NCBI GenBank assembly: GCA_963934675.1
Contig: CAWVZP010000001.1
Span: forward strand, 105 to 64,104
Length of the DNA: 64,000 bases
Source: an uncultured Gammaproteobacteria bacterium
GTDB taxonomy: Bacteria; Pseudomonadota; Gammaproteobacteria; GCA-001735895
Direction: 5' to 3'
This document shows positions 53,246-62,315 of this stretch, one piece after another. The notes below the pieces were generated by a model. It was not told the origin of the DNA. It saw only the letters and a program-made list of their open reading frames with translations, and ran no database searches. The position numbers and the translations under genes are program-made. The stretch's first letter is position 1. Each line of letters opens with the position of its first letter.

Positions 53246-53896
53246 ATGCTAAAAATATACTCAACAACAGAAAGCCTCTATTGCGCAAAGCTACGCATTT
53301 TACTACAGCACAAGCAAGCACAGTGGTTGGAAATTAGTCCTGAAGGAGGCTGTGGTTCAGAGGCTTACAGTGCCCTAATTCCTTCTGGTACTATGCCTGC
53401 GATGATCAATGGTGATCTTATTATTGCAGACTCTGAAGCCATCGCCGAATATCTAAATGAGACCATAGTTGACCCCGCGATGTTACCTTCAACAGTACAG
53501 GCACGGGCTAAATGTCGCGAGCGTTCTCGTTTTCACGATACGCGTATGGAACCAGAAGTACGTGCGTTATTTCCTCATATTTCAACCGGCATGCAGGGAT
53601 CAGATTTTTCCATTGCCCAGTCGAACAAAATCAACCAGCGCTTGCATGAGTTTTCTCGTTTACTATCAACGGACACAACCCTAGATTTAAATTTTCTCAG
53701 CCTAGGTGACTGCGGCTTTCCAGTTAGTTTTGCTTGGCTAGATGCTTTTACGCCGGTGATGGGTCTTGAACTCGAATGGCCGGAAGCAGTGCTGAATTAC
53801 CGTCATAAAATTGAATTACATAATGCTGTGAACACCGTGCTTGATAACTATGCGCAACATGTTACGCAGTGGGTTGAATCAAAAGTAACAGGGTAG
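53246..53896 (+). CDS. Glutathione S-transferase family protein
   Basis: N-terminal thioredoxin-like GST domain (..SLYCAKLRILL.., ..GTMPAMINGDLIIADSEAIAEYL..) with a C-terminal helical domain. Confidence 0.6.
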   Translation: MLKIYSTTESLYCAKLRILLQHKQAQWLEISPEGGCGSEAYSALIPSGTMPAMINGDLIIADSEAIAEYLNETIVDPAMLPSTVQARAKCRERSRFHDTRMEPEVRALFPHISTGMQGSDFSIAQSNKINQRLHEFSRLLSTDTTLDLNFLSLGDCGFPVSFAWLDAFTPVMGLELEWPEAVLNYRHKIELHNAVNTVLDNYAQHVTQWVESKVTG

Positions 53897-54214
53897 ATTC
53901 ATAGTCGAGAATCACAGATTGCTGGTAAACTAAATGCAATAGTGGTTAATTAATTTTAACTAATTAACAATTAAGTCGCCAGCAGATCCCGAGCGCATTA
54001 CTTTTTTTGAATGATAGATTTGTTTATAGGGTAATTCTTCGATTATTTAAATGGCGCTTGCATTAATACAAGGAAGCACAGCAGCCTTAATTACTTCATC
54101 CAACACAGTACGTTTTACAAATTAAACCATTCGAGCTCAAATTTCCCGAAATTGAGCTTTAATATGTGTAATCTTGATTAAGTTGTAAATTCAAAATTAT
54201 TTTAAGGTAGCTGA

Positions 54215-54487
54215 GTGAATCAATTTACATGTCCACATTGTGCTGAAAAGGGGATTTCTCTTTGGGCGAAAATGTGGCTAGGGCCTGGCGTACTAGCCAC
54301 TTGCACCGGTTGTGAAAAGAAAGTGAGTGTGCCGAATAAAGCAATGCTTGCAATCATTCCTATGTTGCTTGCTATCCTTATTGCGCAGGAATCAGATGGC
54401 GTGTTGGTCGAAGTTGGATTTTTTATATTGGGTCTGTTGGTTTCTTTAGCGTTACACATCATAGTGACGCCTTTAATAGCGAAATGA
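54215..54487 (+). CDS. Small membrane protein with an N-terminal zinc-ribbon (CPHC ... CTGC) and two TM helices
   Basis: GTG start 4 nt after an AAGGTAG Shine-Dalgarno. Four Cys in a CxxC-N17-CxxC arrangement, then two hydrophobic helices. Preferred over the fully overlapping antisense ORF 54220-54498. Confidence 0.45.
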   Translation: MNQFTCPHCAEKGISLWAKMWLGPGVLATCTGCEKKVSVPNKAMLAIIPMLLAILIAQESDGVLVEVGFFILGLLVSLALHIIVTPLIAK

Positions 54488-54763
54488 AGGGTCGTCACTA
54501 AATGAAAAGTTAGTGTTAATAAGTTAACTTTTTTGCAATACTAGTTAGCGGTTGTCGACAACTAACGTTAGATTAAAACTCGAATTACTTGTTATCCCTC
54601 GTGATGAATTAGCCATGAAAAGACACTTTGTTATCCATTACGCTGAATAATTATTGTTTCTCGAATTTCATGGCTTTTATTTTTAACCCTATTGTTAATA
54701 GGCATCACATCTTTTACTTTAGCATGATGGTGTCAAAAACAGCTTAATTTTCTATGTTTTGCC

Positions 54764-56098
54764 TTATGTATGACTACTTAAAAGTGCACTTAAAACAGCA
54801 TAACAATCATACTCATCGGTATCCACAACCTCGACCTGATGAAACTCACCTAAAGCTAATACCTGATCCGTTTCAATATAAACTAGTCCGTCAATTTCTG
54901 GCGCATCGGCATAAGATCGTCCAACATAACCTTCGTCCGTTTCTTCTTCTACCAGCACTTTCATGGTTTGTCCTATGCGCTGCTTTAACTTTGCGGTACT
55001 AATGACTTGTTGGGCTTGCATGAAAATATCGTATCGTTCTTGTTTGATTTCTTCCGGTACGTGATCTGGCAGTTCGTTTGCAGCAGCGCCCTTAACCGGG
55101 CTGTACATAAAACAGCCAACGCGATCGAGTTGTGCCTCTGCGATGAAATCTAATAGTTGCTGGAAGTCGTCTTCAGTTTCGCCGGGGAAGCCGACAATAA
55201 AAGTACTGCGAATGACCAATTCTGGACAAACTTCACGCCAGGCATGGATTCTTTCGAGTACTCGTTCGCGGTTGCCGGGGCGCTTCATCAGCTTTAATAT
55301 TTTTGGACTGGCATGTTGGAACGGAATATCGAGATAGGGCAGTATCAGTCCCTGTGCCATCAGTGGTATGACGTCATCGACATGAGGGTAGGGGTAAACA
55401 TAGTGCATTCGCACCCAAACACCTAGTTGGCCGAGCGCTTTAGCAAGGTCGATAAATTTTGTTTTAAGTGGCTGTCCTTCCCAAAAGTGGGTAGCGTATT
55501 TAACGTCGACGCCATAGGCGCTGGTGTCCTGTGAAATAACCAGTATTTCTTTTACCCCAGCATTTGCTAAATGGGCGGCTTCCTGCATTACCTTGTTAAT
55601 GGGACGGCTGACAAGGTCACCCCGAAATGAGGGGATGATGCAAAAGCTACACCGATGATTGCAGCCCTCTGAAATTTTCAAATAGGCATAGTGTCGTGGT
55701 GTTAGTTTGATGCCCTGCTTAGGGACTAAATCAAAAAATGGATCATGCGGTGCAGGAAAATTTTTATGCACGGCCTGCATTACTTCGTCCTTTGCATGAG
55801 GGCCGGTGACTGCGAGCAAAGTGGGAAATTTTTCTTTGATCATTTCTGATCGAGCCCCAAGACAGCCGGTGACTACCACCTTGCCGTTTGCGTGAAGGGC
55901 TTCGCCGATAGTGTCGAGCGATTCTTCCACTGCCGAGTCTATAAAACCACAGGTATTAATGATGACCATATCGGCTTCGTCGTAGCTAGGAACAATGTCA
56001 TAACCCTCGGCTTTTAGTTGGGTGATGACTTGCTCTGAATCGACAGTTGCTTTCGGGCAACCGAGGCTGACGAATCCAATTTTATGTGGTGTATTCAT
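54764..56098 (-). CDS. rimO: Ribosomal protein S12 methylthiotransferase RimO
   Basis: Near-collinear with E. coli RimO: MTTase N-domain ([11 protein letters not shown]), radical-SAM CNHRCSFC and a C-terminal TRAM domain. 444 aa. Confidence 0.9.
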   Translation of the reverse strand: MNTPHKIGFVSLGCPKATVDSEQVITQLKAEGYDIVPSYDEADMVIINTCGFIDSAVEESLDTIGEALHANGKVVVTGCLGARSEMIKEKFPTLLAVTGPHAKDEVMQAVHKNFPAPHDPFFDLVPKQGIKLTPRHYAYLKISEGCNHRCSFCIIPSFRGDLVSRPINKVMQEAAHLANAGVKEILVISQDTSAYGVDVKYATHFWEGQPLKTKFIDLAKALGQLGVWVRMHYVYPYPHVDDVIPLMAQGLILPYLDIPFQHASPKILKLMKRPGNRERVLERIHAWREVCPELVIRSTFIVGFPGETEDDFQQLLDFIAEAQLDRVGCFMYSPVKGAAANELPDHVPEEIKQERYDIFMQAQQVISTAKLKQRIGQTMKVLVEEETDEGYVGRSYADAPEIDGLVYIETDQVLALGEFHQVEVVDTDEYDCYAVLSALLSSHT

Positions 56099-56693
56099 AT
56101 TTTCTCAATTTTTGGGTCGAGGCTTTTTGATTAAACTTTTCTGTTTCAAATAAAACTGGCAGGAAAAATTCGCTGACCAGTAATGACTTTTTGCCCATCG
56201 TAAATAGCGAGCGTCTGCCCCATAACTGATCACAGTGTTGCTCGGCGTCTGGCAGGGCGATTCCGAATAGCGGATCTTTCCTAATGATACGTGCAATATG
56301 CTGGTTACTGCGTTTTAAATTGGACTGAGCGAACAAATATCCGCCTAAAGGCTTGTTGGCAAGTCGCTTTAAGCGTTGATGCTTCCCTTTAAGTGTGGTG
56401 AGCGGAATAATCGAGCGTGCATAGACGCAGACGGTGTCATCGCATAACAACTGAACTTGCCTTAATAAAGCCTTCTGATGGCGAGGTACGGCTAACAATT
56501 CTGCTTCTTCCGCCTGTGGCCTTATCCACTGCTGGCTCAACAATCGAACAGAAAATCGCCCTGGGCAATAATCCATTAAACGTTTGGTTAACGAACCCTG
56601 ATCATTTAGCCACGAGATAACCACAGGGTGGATATTTCTGGCGGATAAATGAGTATGGTCGAACCAACGGGAAGCACGAGGGTGTTTCAACAA
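56082..56693 (-). CDS. ubiC: Chorismate pyruvate-lyase (UbiC)-like protein
   Basis: The C-terminal half aligns with E. coli UbiC (..[11 protein letters not shown].. vs LGKTPLGRYLF; ..[23 protein letters not shown].. vs [23 protein letters not shown]). The stop overlaps the rimO start by 17 bp. Confidence 0.65.
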   Translation of the reverse strand: MLKHPRASRWFDHTHLSARNIHPVVISWLNDQGSLTKRLMDYCPGRFSVRLLSQQWIRPQAEEAELLAVPRHQKALLRQVQLLCDDTVCVYARSIIPLTTLKGKHQRLKRLANKPLGGYLFAQSNLKRSNQHIARIIRKDPLFGIALPDAEQHCDQLWGRRSLFTMGKKSLLVSEFFLPVLFETEKFNQKASTQKLRKYEYTT

Positions 56694-56834
56694 AAGGCTA
56701 TCAATAAAAAAGTTGATCTATTATCCTCGAAAAATGGACCTAGCGCAAAATTACCGTGACCGGTCGAGACTGCAACTGGATGAAATTGGCTAGACGTGAT
56801 TTAATCTGAACATAGCAACGGATAGGGAAACTCT

Positions 56835-57578
56835 ATGACAAGCAATAAGATTGCATTGATACTACTTTGCACCTTTTGCGGCCTGATATCGTCATTCAGC
56901 GGCCGCGCTGAACTACTTGATCAGGGGTTGAACTCGATCATGGTTATTATTGATAGAGCACTGACTGATATCAATCAAGTCGAAGACGCCTCAAGTGATT
57001 CACCTGATGCGGAAGCCAATCTCACTGTAAAAATAGCCGCCAATAATACGATTGTTAACTTATCGAGAACGCTGGGTTCGTTGAGTTATTCTCGCTTGCA
57101 ATGTGGTGAAGCAGACGTACTGGCTGAGTTTACGAACCGCGTACAACGCATGCCTGTCGAATCCCAAGATGCTATGCGAGGTGCTTTTCAGGAAGGTTTC
57201 GATAATAGTAAAAGCGGGGCTACACTTCGGTCAGAGGCTGAATGTAAGTCCCTGACCCAATCACGAAAACATGTCGCGGTGGTGGACCAAACCAATGTGA
57301 TTGAAGAGGATAAACCAAAGAAGAGCGAAAAGGCCGTGGTGGAAGTAGAAAAACCAGCTGAAGACCCTAAGCTGCGTCATATGCGTATTGCTGAGCTCAC
57401 CGGTCAACTCGCTTATAAACGCCATTTTTGTTCTGACAAAAAAGTATTTAACCGCGACTTCAATACGTTTATTAAATTGGTGCCAGAAGAGTTTCAAAAA
57501 GATGTGAAAACGTCTTATTGGAAGGGGTTTAAACACGGTAAAAGATTAAATGTGACCTTAACCACTGAGCAGTGCTAA
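56835..57578 (+). CDS. Secreted hypothetical protein with an internally duplicated Cys-containing motif
   Basis: Signal peptide. Two related ~40-aa segments (LQCGEADVLAEFTNRVQRMPVESQDAMRGAFQEGFDNSK / HFCSDKKVFNRDFNTFIKLVPEEFQKDVKTSYWKGFKHGK) are separated by a KPKKSEK-rich linker. No family is recognised. Confidence 0.5.
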   Translation: MTSNKIALILLCTFCGLISSFSGRAELLDQGLNSIMVIIDRALTDINQVEDASSDSPDAEANLTVKIAANNTIVNLSRTLGSLSYSRLQCGEADVLAEFTNRVQRMPVESQDAMRGAFQEGFDNSKSGATLRSEAECKSLTQSRKHVAVVDQTNVIEEDKPKKSEKAVVEVEKPAEDPKLRHMRIAELTGQLAYKRHFCSDKKVFNRDFNTFIKLVPEEFQKDVKTSYWKGFKHGKRLNVTLTTEQC

Positions 57579-57752
57579 TTAAGGTATCTTTGAGAAATCA
57601 TAGGGAGATTCTCAATCGGTGAATGGTTATTAAATAAGATCAATATTCACGTTTTGAAATATTAAGCTTGAGTCGATTTGATCGGGTGTTGTATTAGCGG
57701 TAGGAGACTTGATAAATAGAGTTTGAAAGTTAGCCAAATACCAAGGTAAGTC

Positions 57753-58883
57753 ATGAATAATATTGTTGCTGGTCTGAAAATATTGCTTTTCCTTTTGGCT
57801 GTACTAATTGGTTCGGCACAAGCAGCCAATATAACAATCATTCCTCAGAAAAATTCCGCTTTCATTCTTGAACAGTTAACTCAAGGGTTGGGTGTGCCCT
57901 GGGGGATGGCTTTCCTCAATCGCGATGAACTCATCTTCACCGAACGTAGCGGTGATATAAAACTGCTTAATCTGAACAGTTTAAAGATCACAACAGTAGT
58001 AGGTGCACCAATCGTTGCCACTAATGGTCAGGGTGGCATGCTTGATGTTGCTATTGGCCCAAACTACACGCAGTCTGGCTGGATTTATTTTACCTATAGC
58101 AAGCCCACGCCTGACGGTGCGGCCACAACTTTAGCTAGAGCGAAGCTCACTACCAATCAGCTTACTGATTGGCAGGATTTACTGGTGAGTCTATCCGCTA
58201 CGGGTAAGGGTCAACATTTTGGAAGTCGCATTGCTTTTGATCAGAACAATCATATTTACTTCGGTGTTGGCGATCGGGGTGAGCGCGAGCAGGCGCAAAA
58301 CCTAGACAATCATATGGGTAGTATTGTGCGGATCAATCTAGATGGAAGTGTGCCGGACGATAATCCATTCTCGACCAATAAAAAAGCGCGTGATGAAATA
58401 TGGAGTTATGGTCATCGGAATCCTCAGGGACTGCAATTTGACCAAGGTAAAAAAGTGCTTTGGTCGATAGAGCATGGCCCCCGTGGAGGTGATGAAATCA
58501 ACTTGATTCAAAAAGGCAAAAATTATGGCTGGCCAGTGGTTAGCCACGGCAAAGAATATTGGGGACCATTTGATATAGGTGAGGGCCAAACAAAACAAGG
58601 AGTCGCGCCGCCAGTCAAAGTTTATATTCCATCCATCGCACCAGGCAGTTTGTTGTTGTACAGCGGAGATGCCTTTCCTCAATGGCAAGGCAATCTTTTT
58701 GCTGGTGCATTAAAACTCCAGCATCTCAACCGTATATCAATCTCGTCCGATAATCAGGCAACGAATGAAGAACGTTTACTGGGTGATTTAAACCAGCGTA
58801 TTCGAGCGTTGGCACAAAGCCCGCAGGGATGGATTTATTTATCAACGGACAACGGCAATATCTTTCGATTAAAGCCGCGTTAG
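57753..58883 (+). CDS. PQQ-dependent soluble aldose sugar dehydrogenase (YliI/Asd family beta-propeller)
   Basis: Signal peptide plus the YliI-family pattern (..GLGVPWGMAFL.., ..GGMLDVA.., ..HFGSRIAFD.., ..HGPRGGDEIN..). It neighbours rimO (yliG), as yliI does in E. coli. Confidence 0.8.
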   Translation: MNNIVAGLKILLFLLAVLIGSAQAANITIIPQKNSAFILEQLTQGLGVPWGMAFLNRDELIFTERSGDIKLLNLNSLKITTVVGAPIVATNGQGGMLDVAIGPNYTQSGWIYFTYSKPTPDGAATTLARAKLTTNQLTDWQDLLVSLSATGKGQHFGSRIAFDQNNHIYFGVGDRGEREQAQNLDNHMGSIVRINLDGSVPDDNPFSTNKKARDEIWSYGHRNPQGLQFDQGKKVLWSIEHGPRGGDEINLIQKGKNYGWPVVSHGKEYWGPFDIGEGQTKQGVAPPVKVYIPSIAPGSLLLYSGDAFPQWQGNLFAGALKLQHLNRISISSDNQATNEERLLGDLNQRIRALAQSPQGWIYLSTDNGNIFRLKPR

Positions 58884-58890
58884 TTTTTGG

Positions 58891-59973
58891 TTAGTTGTTG
58901 AAAGTTAAGTCACGTGTCCAAGGTACACAAAACTGACTACCCGGCACCACAATACCACCACGGTTACCTACTTCGACAGAGCCAAAGCGCGTGGCGAATT
59001 CAGCGGGTAAAGGTCGGTCTCCTGGTATTGAAAGCCACAGTCGAAGTAAATGTCGTTTAAGTTCGAATTCGGGCGAGTCTTCAAATGCTGTTCTGTCGTG
59101 TAAAAGTGCATGGTTGTAAACAAATTGCATGTCACCCTTTTCGAGCTGCATCGGCAAATTTAGGTCGGGCTGGTTTGCTAGACCGTCAAAATAATCCAAA
59201 GCTTCCGAATGCTTTTCAGTGAGCCGAGGTGCGTCTTTGAACCTCTGAGCCGAATCAATATATTGCCGTTGATAGAATGGTGTCAGGTAGTCCTCAAGCC
59301 AGCTAAAAACTGGAATCAGTAAATAGGGCAGCATGCCATCAGGGACCTCACCACGACGATCAGTGGCTATGGGATCAAGTAAGGGTGTGAGTAAATCGGG
59401 ACGATTGTCGAATATTTCATTGTAGATAGTTTGAGCGCTAACCAACTGCGACAGTCCACCAGACTTCCCTGGCTGAAGACAAATCAAACCAACCACATCG
59501 GCCGAATCAGTATGGAAGGTTTGGCGTTCGGTGGTCTGATAAATACGCACGTTAGGATTATTGCTCGAACCACCCAAATTGCGAACATGGCCTAATACAT
59601 GCCCCGCTGCGTTTTGTGATCGAGCTAAACCTAGATGAATGCCGATGCCGTAAAAAATGGTGGCAGCTTCGCGTTCGCTATAACCGGCAACAGGAAGTCC
59701 TCGCAGCAACGAAAAACCACGGCCCGCAATGAGTTCGTTGCGCAATGTTGTTAACTTGTGGCTAAATTTCGGCAGTACAAATTGCGCTTGTGTCATTGTG
59801 CCGATGTTGAATGAGTCCGAGATCAATGGTTCAGCTGCGCGCTCTAGTTCAATAATGTCAGCAGGTGACAAATGCGTTAACCACTCATTGTCGCGTTTAG
59901 CCAGATCACTTCCAATCCAGGCGCCTGCACCCGTTTGTTTAGGCGGTAATGTTGAATTTCTGTTCGGCATCAT
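58891..59973 (-). CDS. TauD/TfdA-family Fe(II)/2-oxoglutarate-dependent dioxygenase
   Basis: HxD facial-triad context (FHTDSADVV), a distal His and an Arg (..LLHDRTAF..). 360 aa. It lies 16 bp downstream of the radical-SAM gene on the same strand. Confidence 0.7.
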   Translation of the reverse strand: MMPNRNSTLPPKQTGAGAWIGSDLAKRDNEWLTHLSPADIIELERAAEPLISDSFNIGTMTQAQFVLPKFSHKLTTLRNELIAGRGFSLLRGLPVAGYSEREAATIFYGIGIHLGLARSQNAAGHVLGHVRNLGGSSNNPNVRIYQTTERQTFHTDSADVVGLICLQPGKSGGLSQLVSAQTIYNEIFDNRPDLLTPLLDPIATDRRGEVPDGMLPYLLIPVFSWLEDYLTPFYQRQYIDSAQRFKDAPRLTEKHSEALDYFDGLANQPDLNLPMQLEKGDMQFVYNHALLHDRTAFEDSPEFELKRHLLRLWLSIPGDRPLPAEFATRFGSVEVGNRGGIVVPGSQFCVPWTRDLTFNN

Positions 59974-59989
59974 TTGGCAGAGTTATTGA

Positions 59990-61501
59990 TTACAGGTGCT
60001 GTTGTTGTCGCTTATTGGCTCTACCTGTTTTGGGTATGATCTCTAACGATGGCCCACCCAGGTCGAGGGCTGATTTCTGTCCAGCACGTTGATAATCGAG
60101 TAGCAGTGACTGCTTGACTAGATTGGCGTCCTCACCTAAGCCGTCTACCAAACCAAGATAGAGTAATTCAAATATGCGCTTCAGTGATATCTTCCAGGTG
60201 CTGCCCGCTTTTTCATATAAGTGATCACTGAGTATGAGGAAGCGCTGGAACGGAGTATCACCCAAAATTAGTGGCAGAGTTTCTCGAAATCGACCCGAGT
60301 TGCCAATCATGTCCCAAAACCGAGCGAATCGATTAACCCGTTGCATTGTCGTAAAACTAATGTCCCGGGTGCTGAGTATATTGTACGGGGGGTTGGGGTT
60401 GTAACGCAATTGGTACCAGTCGCTATGGCGATTGATCGGTGCACCACGCAATCGCTTTAATATGCCAAGCTGGATTTCCTGCGGTTTAAGTGAAACCAGT
60501 TGATCGAAGCTATTGGCGAAATTATCGAGACTATCTTCTGGTAGGCCGAAAATTAAGTCTGCGTGGATATGTGCGCCCGTATTTTCACGCAACCAGCGTA
60601 GGTTGTCGTGAGTTTTCTGGTTGTCCTGTTTGCGGCTGATGAGTTGCTGAATAACTGGATCGAAGGTCTGTACGCCGATTTCAAACTGTAATGAGTTTTT
60701 TGGGAATCTAACCAGCGCTGCTTTCAATTTCTGAGGTAGATTATCGGGAATGACCTCAAAGTGAAGATAGAGATCATCCGACATTCGTTCCAGAAAAAAC
60801 TCCAAAATAGCGACGCTGGTAGCGACCTTCAAATTAAAAGTGCGGTCAATGAACTTGAAGTTACGTGCACCGCGCTGATGTAACTTGTCCATCTCGCTTA
60901 AAAATGTCTCAATATTGAAGGGTACAGACGTCTTATCGAGAGACGAAAGACAAAACTCACATTTAAACGGGCAGCCTCTTGATGCTTCGACATAGATAAG
61001 ACGGTTACGAATATCTTCATCGTTGTAGTATTCATAAGGTAGATTTAGATCGCTGAGGTTGAGTGCTTCACCGGTGACTATTTTTTGTTCGGGTGGTAGT
61101 CCTATGAGGAGTTGAAAGCATAAGGTCGTGAAGCTCTTTTCGCCTGGACCCGTAATTATATAGTTGGCCAAATCAGCCAGTGGGGGTAAGTCTTTTGTAA
61201 AGCTAACCTCAGGTCCACCGAGCACAATTTTTACTTTGGGTGAAACTTGCTTAATGAGCGCGACTACTTCGCCAATTTCTTTAACATTCCAGATGTAGAC
61301 ACTAAGACCAATGATTTTGGGTTCATAGCTCAGTAGCTTTTCGACAATATCCATCGGACGCTGACTAATGGTGAATTCAACTATCTGCGCTTGGGCTTGT
61401 AGTTCACCTAGGTTGGCATAAAGATAACGCAGACCAAACGCAGAATGCATATATCTGGCATTCAGAGTTGTCAAAACAATATTAGTGGTTGTATCACTCA
61501 C
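59990..61501 (-). CDS. B12-binding-domain radical SAM protein (class B rSAM-like, DUF4080-type)
   Basis: N-terminal Rossmann-like cobalamin-binding domain (..IIGLSVYIWN..VKIVLGGPEVSF..) followed by the radical-SAM CxxxCxxC motif (RGCPFKCEFC). 503 aa. Confidence 0.75.
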   Translation of the reverse strand: MSDTTTNIVLTTLNARYMHSAFGLRYLYANLGELQAQAQIVEFTISQRPMDIVEKLLSYEPKIIGLSVYIWNVKEIGEVVALIKQVSPKVKIVLGGPEVSFTKDLPPLADLANYIITGPGEKSFTTLCFQLLIGLPPEQKIVTGEALNLSDLNLPYEYYNDEDIRNRLIYVEASRGCPFKCEFCLSSLDKTSVPFNIETFLSEMDKLHQRGARNFKFIDRTFNLKVATSVAILEFFLERMSDDLYLHFEVIPDNLPQKLKAALVRFPKNSLQFEIGVQTFDPVIQQLISRKQDNQKTHDNLRWLRENTGAHIHADLIFGLPEDSLDNFANSFDQLVSLKPQEIQLGILKRLRGAPINRHSDWYQLRYNPNPPYNILSTRDISFTTMQRVNRFARFWDMIGNSGRFRETLPLILGDTPFQRFLILSDHLYEKAGSTWKISLKRIFELLYLGLVDGLGEDANLVKQSLLLDYQRAGQKSALDLGGPSLEIIPKTGRANKRQQQHL

Positions 61502-62234
61502 ATTAAATGCCAGATAAGAAAATTTTGGTTCGAATGTTCCTAGGGTAGTTCCGATCCAAACAGTCGACTAAAACATCGACAGTTTGATTACAAATGCTGG
61601 ATATTAACTATAAATGCTTAATACCCTTGCTAATTGTCATGCCCAAGCTCTTTCTACCGGAAATGGTAATATTAGCAAACATTAGATATACCGTCTCGGT
61701 TCGTCAGCAAGGTAGGTCCAATTAAGTATGATTCAATAGTCAGGTTTTGAATTAAGGCATCTTTAAAGATACGAATAAACTGATTCTAACTTATTTGGGC
61801 TGAAGGACCTCAATCGCCCAGCTTACTGTGACCTATGTTTCAACAACTTTCATCTATCTCAACTCTAGTCTATTGTTACATCCGCTTTCAGTATAAACAG
61901 AGTACGCACCAAAAAAATAAAATTGAGATGGCTAATTTTTAAGCCTTTTATGCGACTCTTAACATTGCCATAACTATTGAAGAATGCTTATTTAAACTCG
62001 TCATTTCGTTATATGATCAATTGCCTGTTGAGATGAGTGGTTTATTTTCATCCCTTTCGGGCAGAGTTTTGTCGAGAGGCAGCAACAACTTTTAATGTGA
62101 TTTATCTGGAACATTTGCAGAATCGATTGCTCACTTGGTTGTTGCTTTCAGGCGGCGCAAAACGCTCCGCTGTTGACGGCCTTCGGATGGTATTATTTGG
62201 CTTATTATTGTCAGATATATATTCGCAGTAGAGA

Positions 62235-62266
62235 AAGACGCCTTTCGTTATGCGAAAAGGCGTCTT
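62235..62266 (-). terminator. Putative intrinsic terminator downstream of gabD
   Basis: 11-bp perfect inverted repeat aagacgccttt / aaaggcgtctt with a 10-nt loop, 50 bp after the gabD stop. On the minus strand it is followed by a T/C-rich tract (ttctctac). Confidence 0.45.
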
Positions 62267-62315
62267 AATGTAAGTCTAAACAGCTAGGGGTAACTCGATA
62301 AGTGACCCGCCGGCC

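Noticed and set aside
54220-54498. A 92-aa minus-strand ORF fully overlapping the small zinc-ribbon protein gene.
   Set aside because: The plus-strand product has an SD sequence, paired CxxC motifs and TM helices. The minus-strand product has no features, so only one is likely real.
57261-57536. A 91-aa minus-strand ORF inside the secreted duplicated-motif protein gene, and 58338-58688 inside the YliI-like gene.
   Set aside because: Both are antisense shadows.
62037-62231. A 64-aa plus-strand ORF in the gabD-downstream spacer.
   Set aside because: It has no start context or motifs. It ends at the gabD terminator hairpin and looks like chance coding in an 800-bp intergenic region.
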